A stretch of 64,000 nucleotides of DNA from Eledone cirrhosa (Eukaryota), in contig OZ024743.1 of NCBI GenBank assembly GCA_964016885.1, positions 334,676,001 to 334,740,000 on the forward strand, in the 5' to 3' direction. Made by a program: the position numbers and the translations under genes. How positions within the stretch are numbered: the first letter of the stretch is position 1; each line of letters opens with the position of its first letter. Under the pieces are notes generated by a model, which was given only the letters and a program-made list of their open reading frames with translations, ran no database searches and was not told the DNA's origin. Shown here piece after piece: positions 13,786 through 27,695 of the stretch.

Positions 13786-13820
13786 ATAACAATAACAATA
13801 ATAATAATAATAATAATAAT

Positions 13821-14000
13821 GCTTTCTTTATTAACCACAGGGGTTTACACAAAGTAGACATTAAGGACAGTACAGAACGATACAGGACGGTACAAATGGG
13901 CATTTCTGCGTGTAAAAAACAAAAAACAGAGTGTGTAACAAAAAAAGAACAATGAAAAATTCACCTCCTTAATAAAAAATCGGAAGTGCTTGCGTCGTGC
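13821..14000 (-). mobile_element. 3' tail of an L1/Tx1-like element ending in (ATT)n
   Basis: CCCTGTGGTTAATAAAGAAAGC(ATT)n on the minus strand, resembling the tail of 39752-40218. Confidence 0.45.
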
Positions 14001-15519
14001 AACCACCGCTTCCGACACTCCTTCCAAAGCTTTAAACCTAATATATAACAATGTCAGACTTGAACTCATCACCGCGTCTAGCACCACACCTCAAGGGCAT
14101 GCCTTCCACCACTACACCACACTCTCTGATCCACCCTTTCCTCGACACAAATCATTCTATCTATCTATAACTTTATACCCTAGAAATATCCCCATAAACA
14201 CCAACTTTTAATATAATTACTTTCAATTACTTATAATTATATAGGGATTGAAATATAATACAGTTTATATAAACTTTAAATACTAGATACAACAATGAAT
14301 TATATATGCAATTGTAATTAAATGTATAAAGTAATAACATTAGATATATATATAGGATTAATTCATTAACATAAGGGATCTGTCTAACTTATATGTAGGG
14401 TGGTGCAATGAATTATATATGAATTATATACGTATGTATGATTTGATGGATGGATTAATGAAATTGTAAATTAGGGATGTATTTGTTTACCCAAGAGATG
14501 TATTTAATTTTATCATGCAAACAGCCATACGCTGCTCCATAGATTACCAAAGGTTAAGTTATATTTTGAGAGTAGACTGTATTTACAGTGAATTTTGAAT
14601 AAAGATATAGCACTTTGTGTGGGAAATTCAATTATAGCGCTATATAATAAAGAGTAATCAACTTCCTATAGATAATTTTAATACATTATGATAGAGTAGA
14701 CTGTATTTAAAATTAAATATAAATATATAACCTTTTATATAAGGGACTCAAGTGAGGCACCATATAATGTATGTTAGAATAATGAATTTAGTTATGAGAA
14801 TCAGCTAGTTACCTCCCCTTACGCATTAACTCCCCTTAATTACACACCTAATTCCGGATAATAAACCGCTGTAAATTCTCGCAGCAGAAAGAACCTATTC
14901 TATAAATATGGATTAAATAACACTGAGCCTCAATACGTTACAATCATTTACTACATCAAACATTCAATACGAATTCATCGTAACATATGTGATAGATGTG
15001 AAAACTATAACATCCTTTTTCTGAATGTGAAAATGGTGGTGGATGCGAAAACTATAACTTTCTTTTTCTTTTTTTTTTCTGCACACATACTTTTTTGATC
15101 TATAAAAAAAATACCCTCCCACTACAACCACCATAATACTCTTGCTTACCCGCTTAAGGTGCTTGTATTACATGTAATACCTTGCCACACAATACTCGTA
15201 TATAGATGAGACACACTTGCATGCTCCATGTATGACTAATACATACACTATCTACTAGATCTGATTATCGGACTATCCTCTTGCATTATCTGTGTTATCT
15301 TCCGCATGTATTTTAGTTTTAATTTTAATTTTAAATTTGAATTGCTATACAAATATAGTATAGTAGTATAGTATAATATATGTCACTCCACTGTACATCA
15401 ATATATATATATATGTATCTGTATGTCTCTTGCGTTGGATAGGAGGTCAATTATATGTACAAGCATTAAAAAATGGTCCGAAGACTCCAAGTCTAGGTTT
15501 GGATGAACAATTGTAAGTG

Positions 15520-15559
<40 letters not shown>

Positions 15560-15566
<7 letters not shown>

Positions 15567-16410
15567 TTTACATATATATACACATACATATGCATATACG
15601 TGTTTTGCAACTGGTCACTTTGTGGCTCAATGAAAAATTAATAAATTAAACAATCAGCGCTATATATATTAAACATGTCTATAGAATCATAAGATAAAAT
15701 ATATACTATTTCCTCTCCCAATTAGCATAATTAACCATATAAAAAATCGAATAGACCAGGCTATAAGAATGAGGCTTCTATGAAGAAATCTCCGACAAAT
15801 AACCGAAACTAGCGCTTCGCGTCGGCCGTAGCGGAATATTTATCGAATATTTCGACAGCGTAATCGCCCAGATATAGTCAACTAAACAGAATTAGCTGTA
15901 AAATAAACTAGGAGAAAATAGAATACATTTAAATACCTCTACCATGGTTTCGTCCGTATTTTGAGTTTTCCAATAATTATGTAATAATTATATAAACTCG
16001 AGCGCCGGATTCATCAGAAAGCTCGCTCTTATCTAGACACTAAATTTTCCAAAGTGATCGAGCCAAGAAATTCATTTCAAAATGGCTAAAAATCGTGACG
16101 TAGTCGCGGTCATGTTGGAAGGGGTATGGTAGTTGGTTACGACTGGTGGCATTTTTGCTAGAAAGCACAGCACAATACAGCCAAATTTGTATCTCAACCT
16201 AATGGGAGATTATTACATATAAAAGTTTACATATATATATATACATACATATACATATACGTGTTTTGCAACTGGTCACTTTGTGGCTCAATGAAAAGTT
16301 AATAAATTAAACAATCAGAGCTATATATCATAAAACATGTTTATAGAATTATGCTAATTGGGAGAGGAAATAGTATATATTTTATCTTGTGATACTATAG
16401 ACATGTTTTA

Positions 16411-16415
<5 letters not shown>
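15560..16415. repeat. Direct repeat pair (~15560-15730, ~16218-16415) whose second copy has its last ~70 bp inverted
   Basis: Shared GTGTTTTGCAACTGGTCACTTTGTGGCTCAATGAAAA; TTCCTCTCCCAATTAGCATAATT vs AATTATGCTAATTGGGAGAGGAA. Confidence 0.8.
15936..16021 (-). ncRNA. Type I hammerhead ribozyme motif with long stem II
   Basis: cttt-CTGATGA-atccg..gagttt..aaactc..cggac-GAAA-ccatgg-TA-gagg. Confidence 0.6.
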
Positions 16416-16469
<54 letters not shown>

Positions 16470-16479
16470 AAAGTTCTAT

Positions 16480-16700
16480 TTAAAATTGTTGGGATACAAC
16501 AAGTAAATATTTTTATAATTGATATAAAACACTCGACAAGTATTTGGAGTAGATATACGATATTAATAAATGGAAACTATATTTATAAAACCATATTTAT
16601 TTCATTATACATATTTCAGGGATACCAAATTAAATTATGGTATGCTTTCATCAGACAAAATACAATATATAACAGTTTTACAAATAAGCTTATTTATTAT
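16480..16700 (-). mobile_element. Solo PLE pseudo-LTR with hammerhead motif (~16597-16662)
   Basis: Diverged relative of 28380-28570; CTGATGA-aagc atacc..ggtat ccct-GAAA-tatg-TA. Confidence 0.6.
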
Positions 16701-16706
16701 AATACA

Positions 16707-16749
<43 letters not shown>

Positions 16750-16904
16750 TTTGGGAAATGATATATTTGATATATCTCATATGAAATAATACAGCCAATT
16801 ATCCACACAATACAATATAGTTAGCACCCCAAAGATTTAATTGGGAATATACTCAGGTATTTCCTAATGTTTGTTGAGTGAGTTGGAATTTGGCCGGAGT
16901 ATCG

Positions 16905-16941
<37 letters not shown>

Positions 16942-17079
16942 CACACAACACACACATATATATATACAAATGGAAGTTTAGTAAAATCGAAGTTTTGGCT
17001 GTGGCCAAGCTAACGATATACAATTAGGAATGTGCAGCAAAGCACTCGATAAGTTTGTGTCACGTTAGAGTAATAACTG

Positions 17080-17255
17080 TTTCTATTTTAGACACAAGGC
17101 CATCAATTACCCAGTACATTACTGGTACTTTATTTTATCGACCCGGTAAGGATGAAAGGCAAAGTTAAACTCGGCGGGATTTGAACTTAGATCATAAAGG
17201 GACGTAACTCTATACTTCAAAGCATGGTGTCCGACTCTACCGATACTGCCAAGAT
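17080..17255 (-). mobile_element. tRNA-derived SINE
   Basis: A-box TGGCAGTATCGG, B-box GTTCAAATCC and family core on the minus strand. Confidence 0.8.
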
Positions 17256-17359
17256 AGCTTGACAAATTGAAAACTGCGATAGGCAAATCTAGCCACATGA
17301 TACCAAAGCAACGAAAAAACCAATCAGGTCAGATAAACAAAGAAACAATATAAACTTAC

Positions 17360-17467
17360 CGCAGTTAATTTCATCCTCTCCTGCAGCACAGTCTGGCACC
17401 GTATCGCATCTTTTTACCAAATCAACACAATTTGTTTCATTGCACTGGAATTCGTGTGGTAAACAAC
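17360..17467 (-). CDS. Host gene exon encoding an LDL-receptor class A repeat (CLPHEFQCNETNCVDLVKRCDTVPDCAAGEDEINC)
   Basis: 108 bp, tacag acceptor and gtaagt donor, phase 1-1, six Cys with DC..GEDE motif; in frame with the exon at 4616. Confidence 0.92.
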
Positions 17468-17750
17468 CTGTAGTAAATACTTGATAATTAATATCTATAA
17501 TCTGCATGGTGCATGTTACTATTAGCTATACAACACACATTGTTTAATATATCAATGCATTTTACGAGAAAAATCAACCGGCTTGAGACCAAAGGATTAG
17601 ATTAGACCTCGAGCAAGATGACTGAAAAACATTCTTGAGCTGGGATGGTCTCGCTTGGAGATTCAGTCGGGTCTATTGAAAACTGTTACTCCTGACAGGT
17701 CCCACTCACAGGAAAGAGAATTTGAGGACTCAGCACCCATGACCCTCCCG

Positions 17751-18460
<710 letters not shown>

Positions 18461-18713
18461 TTTTACCTAGTTATAAAAGAATGTCATTCGTTTCCGAACC
18501 ATATAAACATTGAACTATATCAAAACAATAATATGTATGGAAACATTTTATGAGACAGTTTAAACTCTATACATGAAAGCAATTCTCCGATATTGTAACG
18601 TAAATTTATTATATGTATCATAATTATTTTTTATTTCCATCCTGAAATGTTTAAATAGATATAACCTATATAATAAACACAAAGGTGACTGACATACACA
18701 AATTACTTGCGTT

Positions 18714-18842
<129 letters not shown>

Positions 18843-18945
18843 ATATATATTTAACGAAGGAAATGTGGTAAGGAACCAGGTGGACCATAACGCACCAAAG
18901 TACTCAATACTTGGGGTAGTAGAGTGGGTAATAGGAACCAGTAAG

Positions 18946-19039
18946 ACCCCGACAGCTGAGCTCAAGCCGTTTCGACGGCTAATTCTGGACTAAATGAAAA
19001 TTTATCCTGGTATTTAAATAGCCGATCTTCTCAAGGGGT
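18946..19039 (-). ncRNA. Type I hammerhead ribozyme, U3-A8 core variant (mirror copy)
   Basis: Reverse complement of 19731-19824. Confidence 0.7.
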
Positions 19040-19730
19040 AATTCCATATATGGTCAAAGTGATTGTCAAAAATCAGTAGTAATTCTGTGATTGCAAATTA
19101 GTTGGGGAGATGGTGGCTAAACCTGCCAGTAGGAGAAAGAGGGGCGGGGGTGGAGTAGACCCAATCAAGCGTTGGTAGTGCCAGCTACAGCTGGGCATGA
19201 GGTCAAAGAAGATACTGGGGAGGGGGAGGGGGAGGAAGTCGGAACGGTAGGTAGAACAATGGGGGGTAAAAATATAAATGAAAGAAAAAATACTGAGAGT
19301 GAAGAAAAGCGATTAAGTGTAAAGAAAAAAGTAAAGCAAGTTCTACGACCTAGGTCTCTAGCTATTGTTAGGCTAGAATAAATAATATTTATTCTAGCCT
19401 AACAATAGCTAGAGACCTAGGTCGTAGAACTTGCTTTACTTTTTTCTTTACACTTAATCGCTTTTCTTCACTCTCAGTATTTTTTCTTTCATTTATATTT
19501 TTACCCCCCATTGTTCTACCTACCGTTCCGACTTCCTCCCCCTCCCCCTCCCCAGTATCTTCTTTGACCTCATGCCCAGCTGTAGCTGGCACTACCAACG
19601 CTTGATTGGGTCTACTCCACCCCCGCCCCTCTTTCTCCTACTGGCAGGTTTAGCCACCATCTCCCCAACTAATTTGCAATCACAGAATTACTACTGATTT
19701 TTGACAATCACTTTGACCATATATGGAATT

Positions 19731-19824
19731 ACCCCTTGAGAAGATCGGCTATTTAAATACCAGGATACATTTTCATTTAGTCCAGAATTAGCCGTCGAAA
19801 CGGCTTGAGCTCAGCTGTCGGGGT
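19731..19824 (+). ncRNA. Type I hammerhead ribozyme, U3-A8 core variant, long stem II
   Basis: stem I acccc/ggggt; TTGAGAA; stem II ga(t)cggcta..tagccgtc; GAAA; stem III cggct/agctg; GUC with predicted cleavage after 19819. Confidence 0.72.
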
Positions 19825-19864
19825 CTTACTGGTTCCTATATATATATTTATATATTTATAGATA

Positions 19865-20134
19865 AGGAAAAAAGATGAAATCGAAAATGCAACTGGAGTC
19901 TTTTTAGGAATATTCATTTGTTTCCTTTACCGGTTTCACAGTTCTTATGCTTTTCAAATGTAGAATTGAGATGGAGGGCTTGTGGATTTTCTCGCATCTG
20001 GATGCGAGAAAATCCACAAGCCCTCCATCTCAATTCTACATTTGAAAAGCATAAGAACTGTGAAACCGGTAAAGGAAACAAATGAATATTCCTAAAAAGA
20101 CTCAAGTTGCATTTTCGATTGCATCTTTTTTCTT
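19865..20134. repeat. ~270-bp near-perfect palindrome with degenerate hammerhead-like motif
   Basis: Arms around a 2-nt loop at 19999-20000; TTGAAAA-gca..tgt-GAAA-CCGG-TA in each arm. Confidence 0.9.
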
Positions 20135-20195
20135 TAAACTTTCACTTGTGTAGGACATCTGTTTTTTTTTTTCATTAAAAAAAACACCTCATTTT

Positions 20196-20232
<37 letters not shown>

Positions 20233-20240
20233 AATTAGGG

Positions 20241-20335
20241 TCCCCGACCGCTGAGCTCCTGCCGTTTCAACAGCTAGATCCGAAATGTTTCGCCGGCATT
20301 AGGATGGCGGGAAAATATCTGGCATCCTCAGGGGT
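20241..20335 (-). ncRNA. Degenerate hammerhead of the long-stem-II family, canonical C3-G8 core
   Basis: ccc-CTGAGGA-..-GAAA-cggcaggagctcagcgg-TC-ggg. Confidence 0.5.
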
Positions 20336-20419
20336 CTATGAGTCCATATATGGGCAGAGAGTCGATTCATAAAAAAGTCTTTAAAGCCGGATGGCTGGAA
20401 CAGGTAAAAGTGTAAGAGA

Positions 20420-20457
<38 letters not shown>

Positions 20458-20459
20458 TC

Positions 20460-20535
<76 letters not shown>

Positions 20536-20861
20536 ATTAAAAAGTTATTAGCCTCTAATACTTAGACATCTCAATGAATGGATGAAGTATACAGATAAGA
20601 TATCACTCAGAAAATCAATATTACATATCAAATTTAAGCCCCCTCCCCACCTCCCCAAAACTCTATTTATGGCAGTAAAGTCAGACAGACAAAATTAAGT
20701 TAGTCCCCTTCATATAAACATCTCCAGAACATGGTTTCAAACACAGAAGGAACAACAGAGGCAATATTGGCAGGGCGTCGGATTACCTGGTTCGTGGAAT
20801 AAAATTTGCGTTCTGAGTTCAAATTCTGCTGAGTTTTGCCTGTCTTTCATCCTTACATACA

Positions 20862-20922
<61 letters not shown>

Positions 20923-20993
20923 TGTTATACTTTGGGAGGGTCATGTTGCCAAATTCAGAAACGAAATATATATATATATATATATATTTATGT

Positions 20994-21641
20994 AAATAGG
21001 GAGAAAAAGACGATTATTAGGAAAAAAAAAAATTTTTTTTTCCTTTTTTTTTTTTCTCTTTTTTCTGGGTTAGAAAATGTTTAAAACAAAATATTTTACT
21101 TTGTGTGAAGTGTTAAGGTATTAGTTAATTTATTTATTAATCAACAATGGCATTTATTTATTGATACATTTAATAATTGTCTATTACCGATTTCAGCATT
21201 TTATGCATTATCAAAGGGGGGAATTTGTATTGGTGTAACATTTTGGTGATGTTGAACATGTTAATGAAATGGGGAAGAAAGAATAATGTTATTTACAAAC
21301 AAGGTTTGAAAGAAAAAAAGGGGGTGATGTGAAACATGATAAGGTGATGGGAAAGAAAGAATAATATTATTTACAGGCATAGTTCTTGAGGATAAGCAGT
21401 TCATTTTATACCAATACAAATTAACCCCTTTGATAATGCCTAAAATGCTGAAACCGGTAATAGAACATTATTAAATATATAAATAAATAAATAGCATTGT
21501 TAATTAATAAATAAATTAACTAATACCTTAACACTTCATACCAAGTAAAATATTTTCTTTTAAACATTTTCTAACCCAGAAAAAAAAAATAAAAGGAAAA
21601 AAAAAATGTTCCTCCTAATAATCGTCTTTTTCTCCCTATTT
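20994..21641. repeat. Inverted repeat (~240-bp arms, ~165-bp spacer) with hammerhead-like motifs
   Basis: AAATAGGGAGAAAAAGACGATTATTAGG vs CCTAATAATCGTCTTTTTCTCCCTATTT; TTGATAA-tgc..gct-GAAA-CCGG-TA. Confidence 0.85.
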
Positions 21642-21667
21642 TCTTTTCTTTTTCTCCACAGTTTATA

Positions 21668-21718
<51 letters not shown>

Positions 21719-21793
21719 GTAAACAGAAATAACAACACAATCGGTATATGTAGGGAATATGTTAGGTTAACGCTTGATATAGCAGGAAGAGGC

Positions 21794-21829
21794 TCTTAAC
21801 GTTTCGGACGCAAGTCCTTCATCAGAAGA
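21794..21829 (-). ncRNA. Minimal type I hammerhead in a solo PLE pseudo-LTR
   Basis: tctt-CTGATGA-a-ggac ttgc gtcc-GAAA-cg-TT-aaga; palindromic AACGTT stem III. Confidence 0.72.
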
Positions 21830-21962
21830 AAGAAGGAGAAATAAGATAGATTGAAGGGGCGGGCGGGTTGGAATTGGAAAATGCGGAAACACACACACAG
21901 ACACACATATTTATACACACGCGTACACACGCGCACACACGCGTACACACGCGTACACACGT

Positions 21963-22022
<60 letters not shown>

Positions 22023-23220
22023 GTATATATCAAACGCAGAGTATGCGTATGAGTACCCACGACTGTGCGTGCATCTATATATTACTAAAACTCTCTGATT
22101 GCTTGCTTGCTTGTCTAATACAGCCAAGAGGGCGCATAATGGGAAAATACTTTGAAAGGAAGTTGACCCTGAAATGGGGATACAAATAGAATAAAAGAAG
22201 TTTCGCGTAAGTCGAAGACGGGTTCCCGATATATGGGGTTTTCTGGGTACCTTCATAAACAGAGAGAAGGATAGAGAGAAAGAGATAGAGGTTGTGAGAG
22301 AGTAGATTGAAAGAGAGACATAGAGGGAGGGAGAGGAGACAGAGAAGGAGCTGGTGTTGTTGTTGTATATATATATATATATATATATGTGAGTGTGTGT
22401 GTATACATATATGTATGCGTATATGTGTGTGTGCGTGTGTGTGTCTATGACCAGTGTATATAGGTCACAACACCCACATATATATATATATACATTCACA
22501 CATACATATATATATATATATATGTATACAAACACACACATTTATACATGTACATACACACACAAATCTATATGGGTCTTCTAGTTTCATTTCACATTAT
22601 ATACATATCTGAGTATATTCTAATTATTTAAAAATTATTTTTAAGTGAACATGATTTTTTTAAAATATTTTGAATTGAACGTAACCCAACGGGTCACGGG
22701 TGGTCTAGTATTTCATAAACTTCATAAACGAAGTGTATATAAACAACTGTATGAACATAATTTTAACGTTAGAAAAAAAAAATTAAATTAAATTAAAACA
22801 AGGTAACTTTTTTCAAATTCCGACACCAAAGCACGACTGGTATCACTGATAACATAAACCATAAGTTATTGGAATTATTCATAGAATTTGATTGAAACTT
22901 TATGTAAAAAATATTTAGATATGATATTAAATTAAAATGATTTTATTGTTATTATTGGGGAAGATAAGAGCGACGGATTGTCAGTAATCGTTAGAGTGTC
23001 AGACATCATACTGATTGTTATTTAGGACGATTTGTTATGTTTTCGTTACTTTTATTGAATGGTGACACACGTTTCACTATTCATCATTACCAGAGCAGAG
23101 GTCCGACGGGGTTTTAATTCCAGAGTCGGGCCAGATCGATATAGAACGAACCTTGAGCTGATCAATAGCGAAACGCGTGTCACTACTCAATAAGCGTAAT
23201 GAGGAGATAACAAATCATCC

Positions 23221-23264
<44 letters not shown>

Positions 23265-23265
<1 letters not shown>

Positions 23266-23660
23266 GGATTGGCAGTATCGGACGCCATGCTTTATCTCTG
23301 AGTTCAAATCTCTCTGAGGTTATCTTTGCCTGTCATCCTTACAGGGTCGATAAAATAAAGTACCAGTAATGTACAGGGTTAGATTTAATCGATTGGACCC
23401 TACCCCCGAATGAGTTGGTCTTGTGTCTAAATCACCAAAGGAGTGCGTTGGATTGGCAGTATCAGTAAAGCGTTGGACAACATGCTTCGTGGCATAGAGA
23501 TACGGTCGTTTGCGTTCTGATTTCAAATCCTGATGAGTTTAGCTTCGCCTTTCATCCTTACAGAGTCAATAAAATAAAGTATAATTAATGCACTGGGACG
23601 ATCTAATCGACTTTTCTCTCCCTCAAAATCGTTGTCCTTGTGCCTAAATAAGAAACTATT
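23265..23660 (+). mobile_element. Two tandem tRNA-derived SINE copies
   Basis: TGGCAGTATC A box, GTTCAAATC B box and family core, each twice. Confidence 0.75.
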
Positions 23661-23684
23661 ATTCGGGAAGGTAATGGTAATGGT

Positions 23685-24735
23685 AATGTAGTGAAACTCT
23701 ACACGACGATCCCACGCCGATATAGACTAGAGGCAATAGGATTCTGGCTAGAAAATACCCCAATGAGATCCCGGAAAGAATAGAAAAAGCTTCATCGCCG
23801 AGAGCTTAAAATTCATTTTACAAAACAACTTTTTTTATTTCGATGGCAACACTTACAAACAAATATCGGGGACTGCGATGGGTATAAATATCGCTCCAAC
23901 TTACGCTAACTTAGTCATGGCATACTTGGAAGTCTAGATATACGAACAATTCGAATTAAAATACGGCTTGAACTTCTACAAATATTTTTTAGAGAATTGG
24001 AAACGCTACTTGCATGATTGCCTTATTGAATGAATTCAAACATTTAATTAACGGCATCATCAACCATATCGAATTCACAATGGAATACAGTCAAGACGAA
24101 CTTCCATTTCTGGACATCTTAATCATAAAACAGACACAAATATTGAAACTGACATCCACTAAAAACCAACAGATTCTAAACAATACCTGCTATTCACCTC
24201 CAACTATCCAAACCAAACGAAGACGAACCTTCCTTTTAATCTAGCAAGAAGAATTTGATTAGTCTCCAATCATGAAATGCGGAATAAAAGACTCCAAGAA
24301 TTAAAGGAAATTCTGCTCGAAAGACAGTACACACCATTATTAATAGATACTGAAGATAATGGAATAAACGGGTTAAAGCAATAGACATTGAAGAATTACG
24401 AAAACCGAAACAAACTCAAGGTACGTCCAATATTTAATAATATATCTCAACACACAACCCAAGAAATACAGAAGCATATAACATTATTCACAAGAACATC
24501 CCACTATTGAAACAAGACCCAAGAATGAAAAAAATCACTTAAAACACAAAATAATCAAAAGCAAAAGACAACCTAAATTACTAACAACATTTCTCACCAA
24601 TGTCAAATTACCCACCACAAACCCAACGGCAACTGTCAAAAAATGTGGTGGCTCTAATTGCAGAACTTGCACTCACCTCATTGAAGGCACAATGTATACA
24701 TTTCAATCAGTACAAAATTTTGTTGTAAAAAATCA
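23685..24735 (+). mobile_element. Degraded Penelope-like element (GTAMG type), RT to Zn linker
   Basis: [55 protein letters not shown] read through stops and frameshifts. Confidence 0.8.
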
Positions 24736-24753
24736 TTTATATAACTATATATA

Positions 24754-24808
<55 letters not shown>

Positions 24809-24832
24809 ACACACACGCACATATGTGTATAT

Positions 24833-24930
<98 letters not shown>

Positions 24931-25189
24931 ATCCTTATAGTTACTTTCTAATTTAATAATATTCAAGTTCAGTGCGTTTATGTCATTACAGATGGAAATG
25001 TAGAGAACTGGCAGTTAAGAGTAGAAGAAGAAAGGTGGTATATAAAACACAGAGCATGTAGGATAAATTGAGATGACAGATAAGAGTACTTAAAACATTT
25101 GATGCTATAAGAACTCTTATATGTCATTCCAGTTTGCTCTCCGAATCTGCCCCCTCTCTCTCTCTCTCTATATATATATATATCCCTCT

Positions 25190-25273
<84 letters not shown>

Positions 25274-25397
25274 TACATATATATACATACACACAGACAC
25301 ACCCACGCACGTACACATACACACTCACACACATATATATATATATATATATACCATGATATTAAATAAATGGAAACTATATTTATAAAACCATGTT

Positions 25398-25462
25398 TAT
25401 TTTATTATATATATTTCAAGGGCAACCAAGCCAACCTTGGTGCGCTTTCATCAGATAAAATA
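25398..25462 (-). ncRNA. Minimal type I hammerhead (mirror copy)
   Basis: Reverse complement of 28390-28454. Confidence 0.75.
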
Positions 25463-27579
25463 CAAAGTTTGTTTTATAAATAAAGACGTACCCATGAAAA
25501 TTCAACCTTATCGGTCAGAAATTCGCTGGATAGTGGAAACATATTAGGGAATATCCAAAGTTATGTATGAATATGTAAATGAATGTGTGAATAATTGAAA
25601 AAACAACCGTTTATTTAAATGACGCTGGGGAGAGACAGAGAAGAAAGAGAAAAAGGAAAAAAGTATTAGTATTATGAGATAGAAAAAATAGAAAGAGAGC
25701 TGAAACTTACAAGAGGATGAATAGAACTCATGTAACGTAAATAAGTTTTAATTTTATATCTACTAATGGTACGTATATTTACTATTATTAAGTTGTTAGA
25801 ATTGATTTCTAATATAATATAATATAATATTTACTATTATAAGTAGATAGAAAAAATAGATATATAAAAAATAAAAAATAAATATATATACAAATATGTT
25901 GAAAATAAGTTGAAAAATAAATAGGTAAAAAGATAGATATATAGAAGAATCAATAGATAGAAAAATAGATAGATAGAAAAATAGATATATGAATATATAG
26001 ATGGGTATATTTTGTTATATATAATTGTTTTAATAAGTTATGAGGGATATATTGTAAGTAATTTAGTTAACTGAGTTAATAAGAATATTTATATATTTTA
26101 AATGTTTTAAATTGGGAATATAACAGAAGAAATAGAACTAGAAATATAATTTGGTATTCACCTCCTTTTTCATTAAGCGTTAAAACACCTTTAGCTAAAC
26201 TATTCTTTAAAGCTCTAGATAAATGCTTTCCTAAAGCCCATATATATCACTCAATCTTTAACAGACATACAATAAAACTATCTTACTCTACTACTACGAA
26301 CCTAGCACAAAATATAAATAGAATCAATAATAGAAATCTAAACCATAACCAAAATAGCAGTAATATCTCTAGCAATATCCAACATAATAATACTGTGCTG
26401 AATAACATCAACTCCGCTAAATGTAATTGTAGAATTAAATCAAACTGTCCTTTAAAAAATAAGTGCTTTGATAAGGATGTAGTCTATAAATGCACAGTCA
26501 AAACCAGTGATAATATATTTAACTATGTAGGTTCAACTTCTACAGAATTTAAAACTTGTTTTAATAATCACAAATGTTCGTTTAATAATATTGGTAAAAA
26601 ATCTTCAACTTCTCTATCAAACCTGATATGGAACTTAAAATCCAAAAATACGGACTATACTTTAACTCGGGAAATAATTTCAAAAGCACCTGCATACTGA
26701 AAACACAGCTTTATCTAGATTTTTCAAATTGTGTGTTGAGGAAATTTTCTTCATACTTAAATGTAAGAACTCTATTAATATACGTACGAATTTATTTAGT
26801 TCTTATAAACATTGCCTAAATTCAACATTTAGAACTATATATACATCATAAGTACACCTATAATATTTCTACTTATTTCCATATATTATTTGCTATATTT
26901 TCACTTATTATAACTTCACTTATTAAAATTTCTTAAATTATATACATATAGGATCCTAAAATTTTAAAATTTTAACTTTAATTTTAATATTTTTTAAGGT
27001 TTTTTAATTCTTTATTTTTTATTTTTATTTTTATTTTTTTACTTCTTAAATCTTTCTTTTTCATTATTATTATTTTCTACTTCCAAAATATTTTTACTTC
27101 CAAAACATTTCATATATTTAAAAATTCTTTATTTTTAAAAAAATTGCTTATTTAAAAAAAATTTTTTTTTTAAATTACCTTTTTTTAAAAATCTACTTAT
27201 CTCGTTTAAAATATTTTTTTATTAACTTATAAGGTTTTTAAAACTTTTCTTAAACATTTTAAAAAAATCTTTTTTAAAAAATGTTTAAATTAATTTTTAA
27301 ATATTTTAAAAATATTTTTTAAATGTTATTTTAAATATTTAAAAACTATTTTTTAAGTATCTTTTATCTATTTTTTAAGTATTTTAAAAATGTTTTTTAA
27401 ATGTTTTAAAAGTATTTTTTAAGTATTTTCCGATAATTTTCCAGAATTTTTAATATTTTTAAATATTTTTTATTAAAAATCTTTTGATTTCTTTTATTAG
27501 ATTTATAACCAATAACTAATTCAGGCTAAATATATCTTTCAACATTTATATCTTTGACAAAATGGCATCATACTAAATA

Positions 27580-27695
27580 ATTGTTTCTACTTTAGGCACA
27601 AGGCCAGCAATTAACCAGTGCATTACTGGTACTTTATTTTATCGACCCCGTAAGGATAAAAGGCAAAGTCAACCTCGGCGGGATTTGAACTCAGC
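27580..27695 (-). mobile_element. tRNA-derived SINE, partial, nested in the PLE 3' UTR
   Basis: Family core and B box. Confidence 0.75.

Larger units (their letters stand above)
18931..19839. repeat. ~909-bp palindrome made of two inverted PLE 3' pseudo-LTR copies
   Basis: Arms mirror about 19385 (identical spurious ORFs 19172-19381+ and 19389-19598-); outer part homologous to 56845-57115. Confidence 0.95.

Noticed and set aside
19172-19598. Two identical 69-aa ORFs on opposite strands
   Set aside because: A consequence of the palindrome; no recognisable domain.
23045-23200. Inverted repeat with CTGATCA..GAAACGCGT hammerhead-like words
   Set aside because: Stems I and II cannot be formed; at best a decayed remnant.
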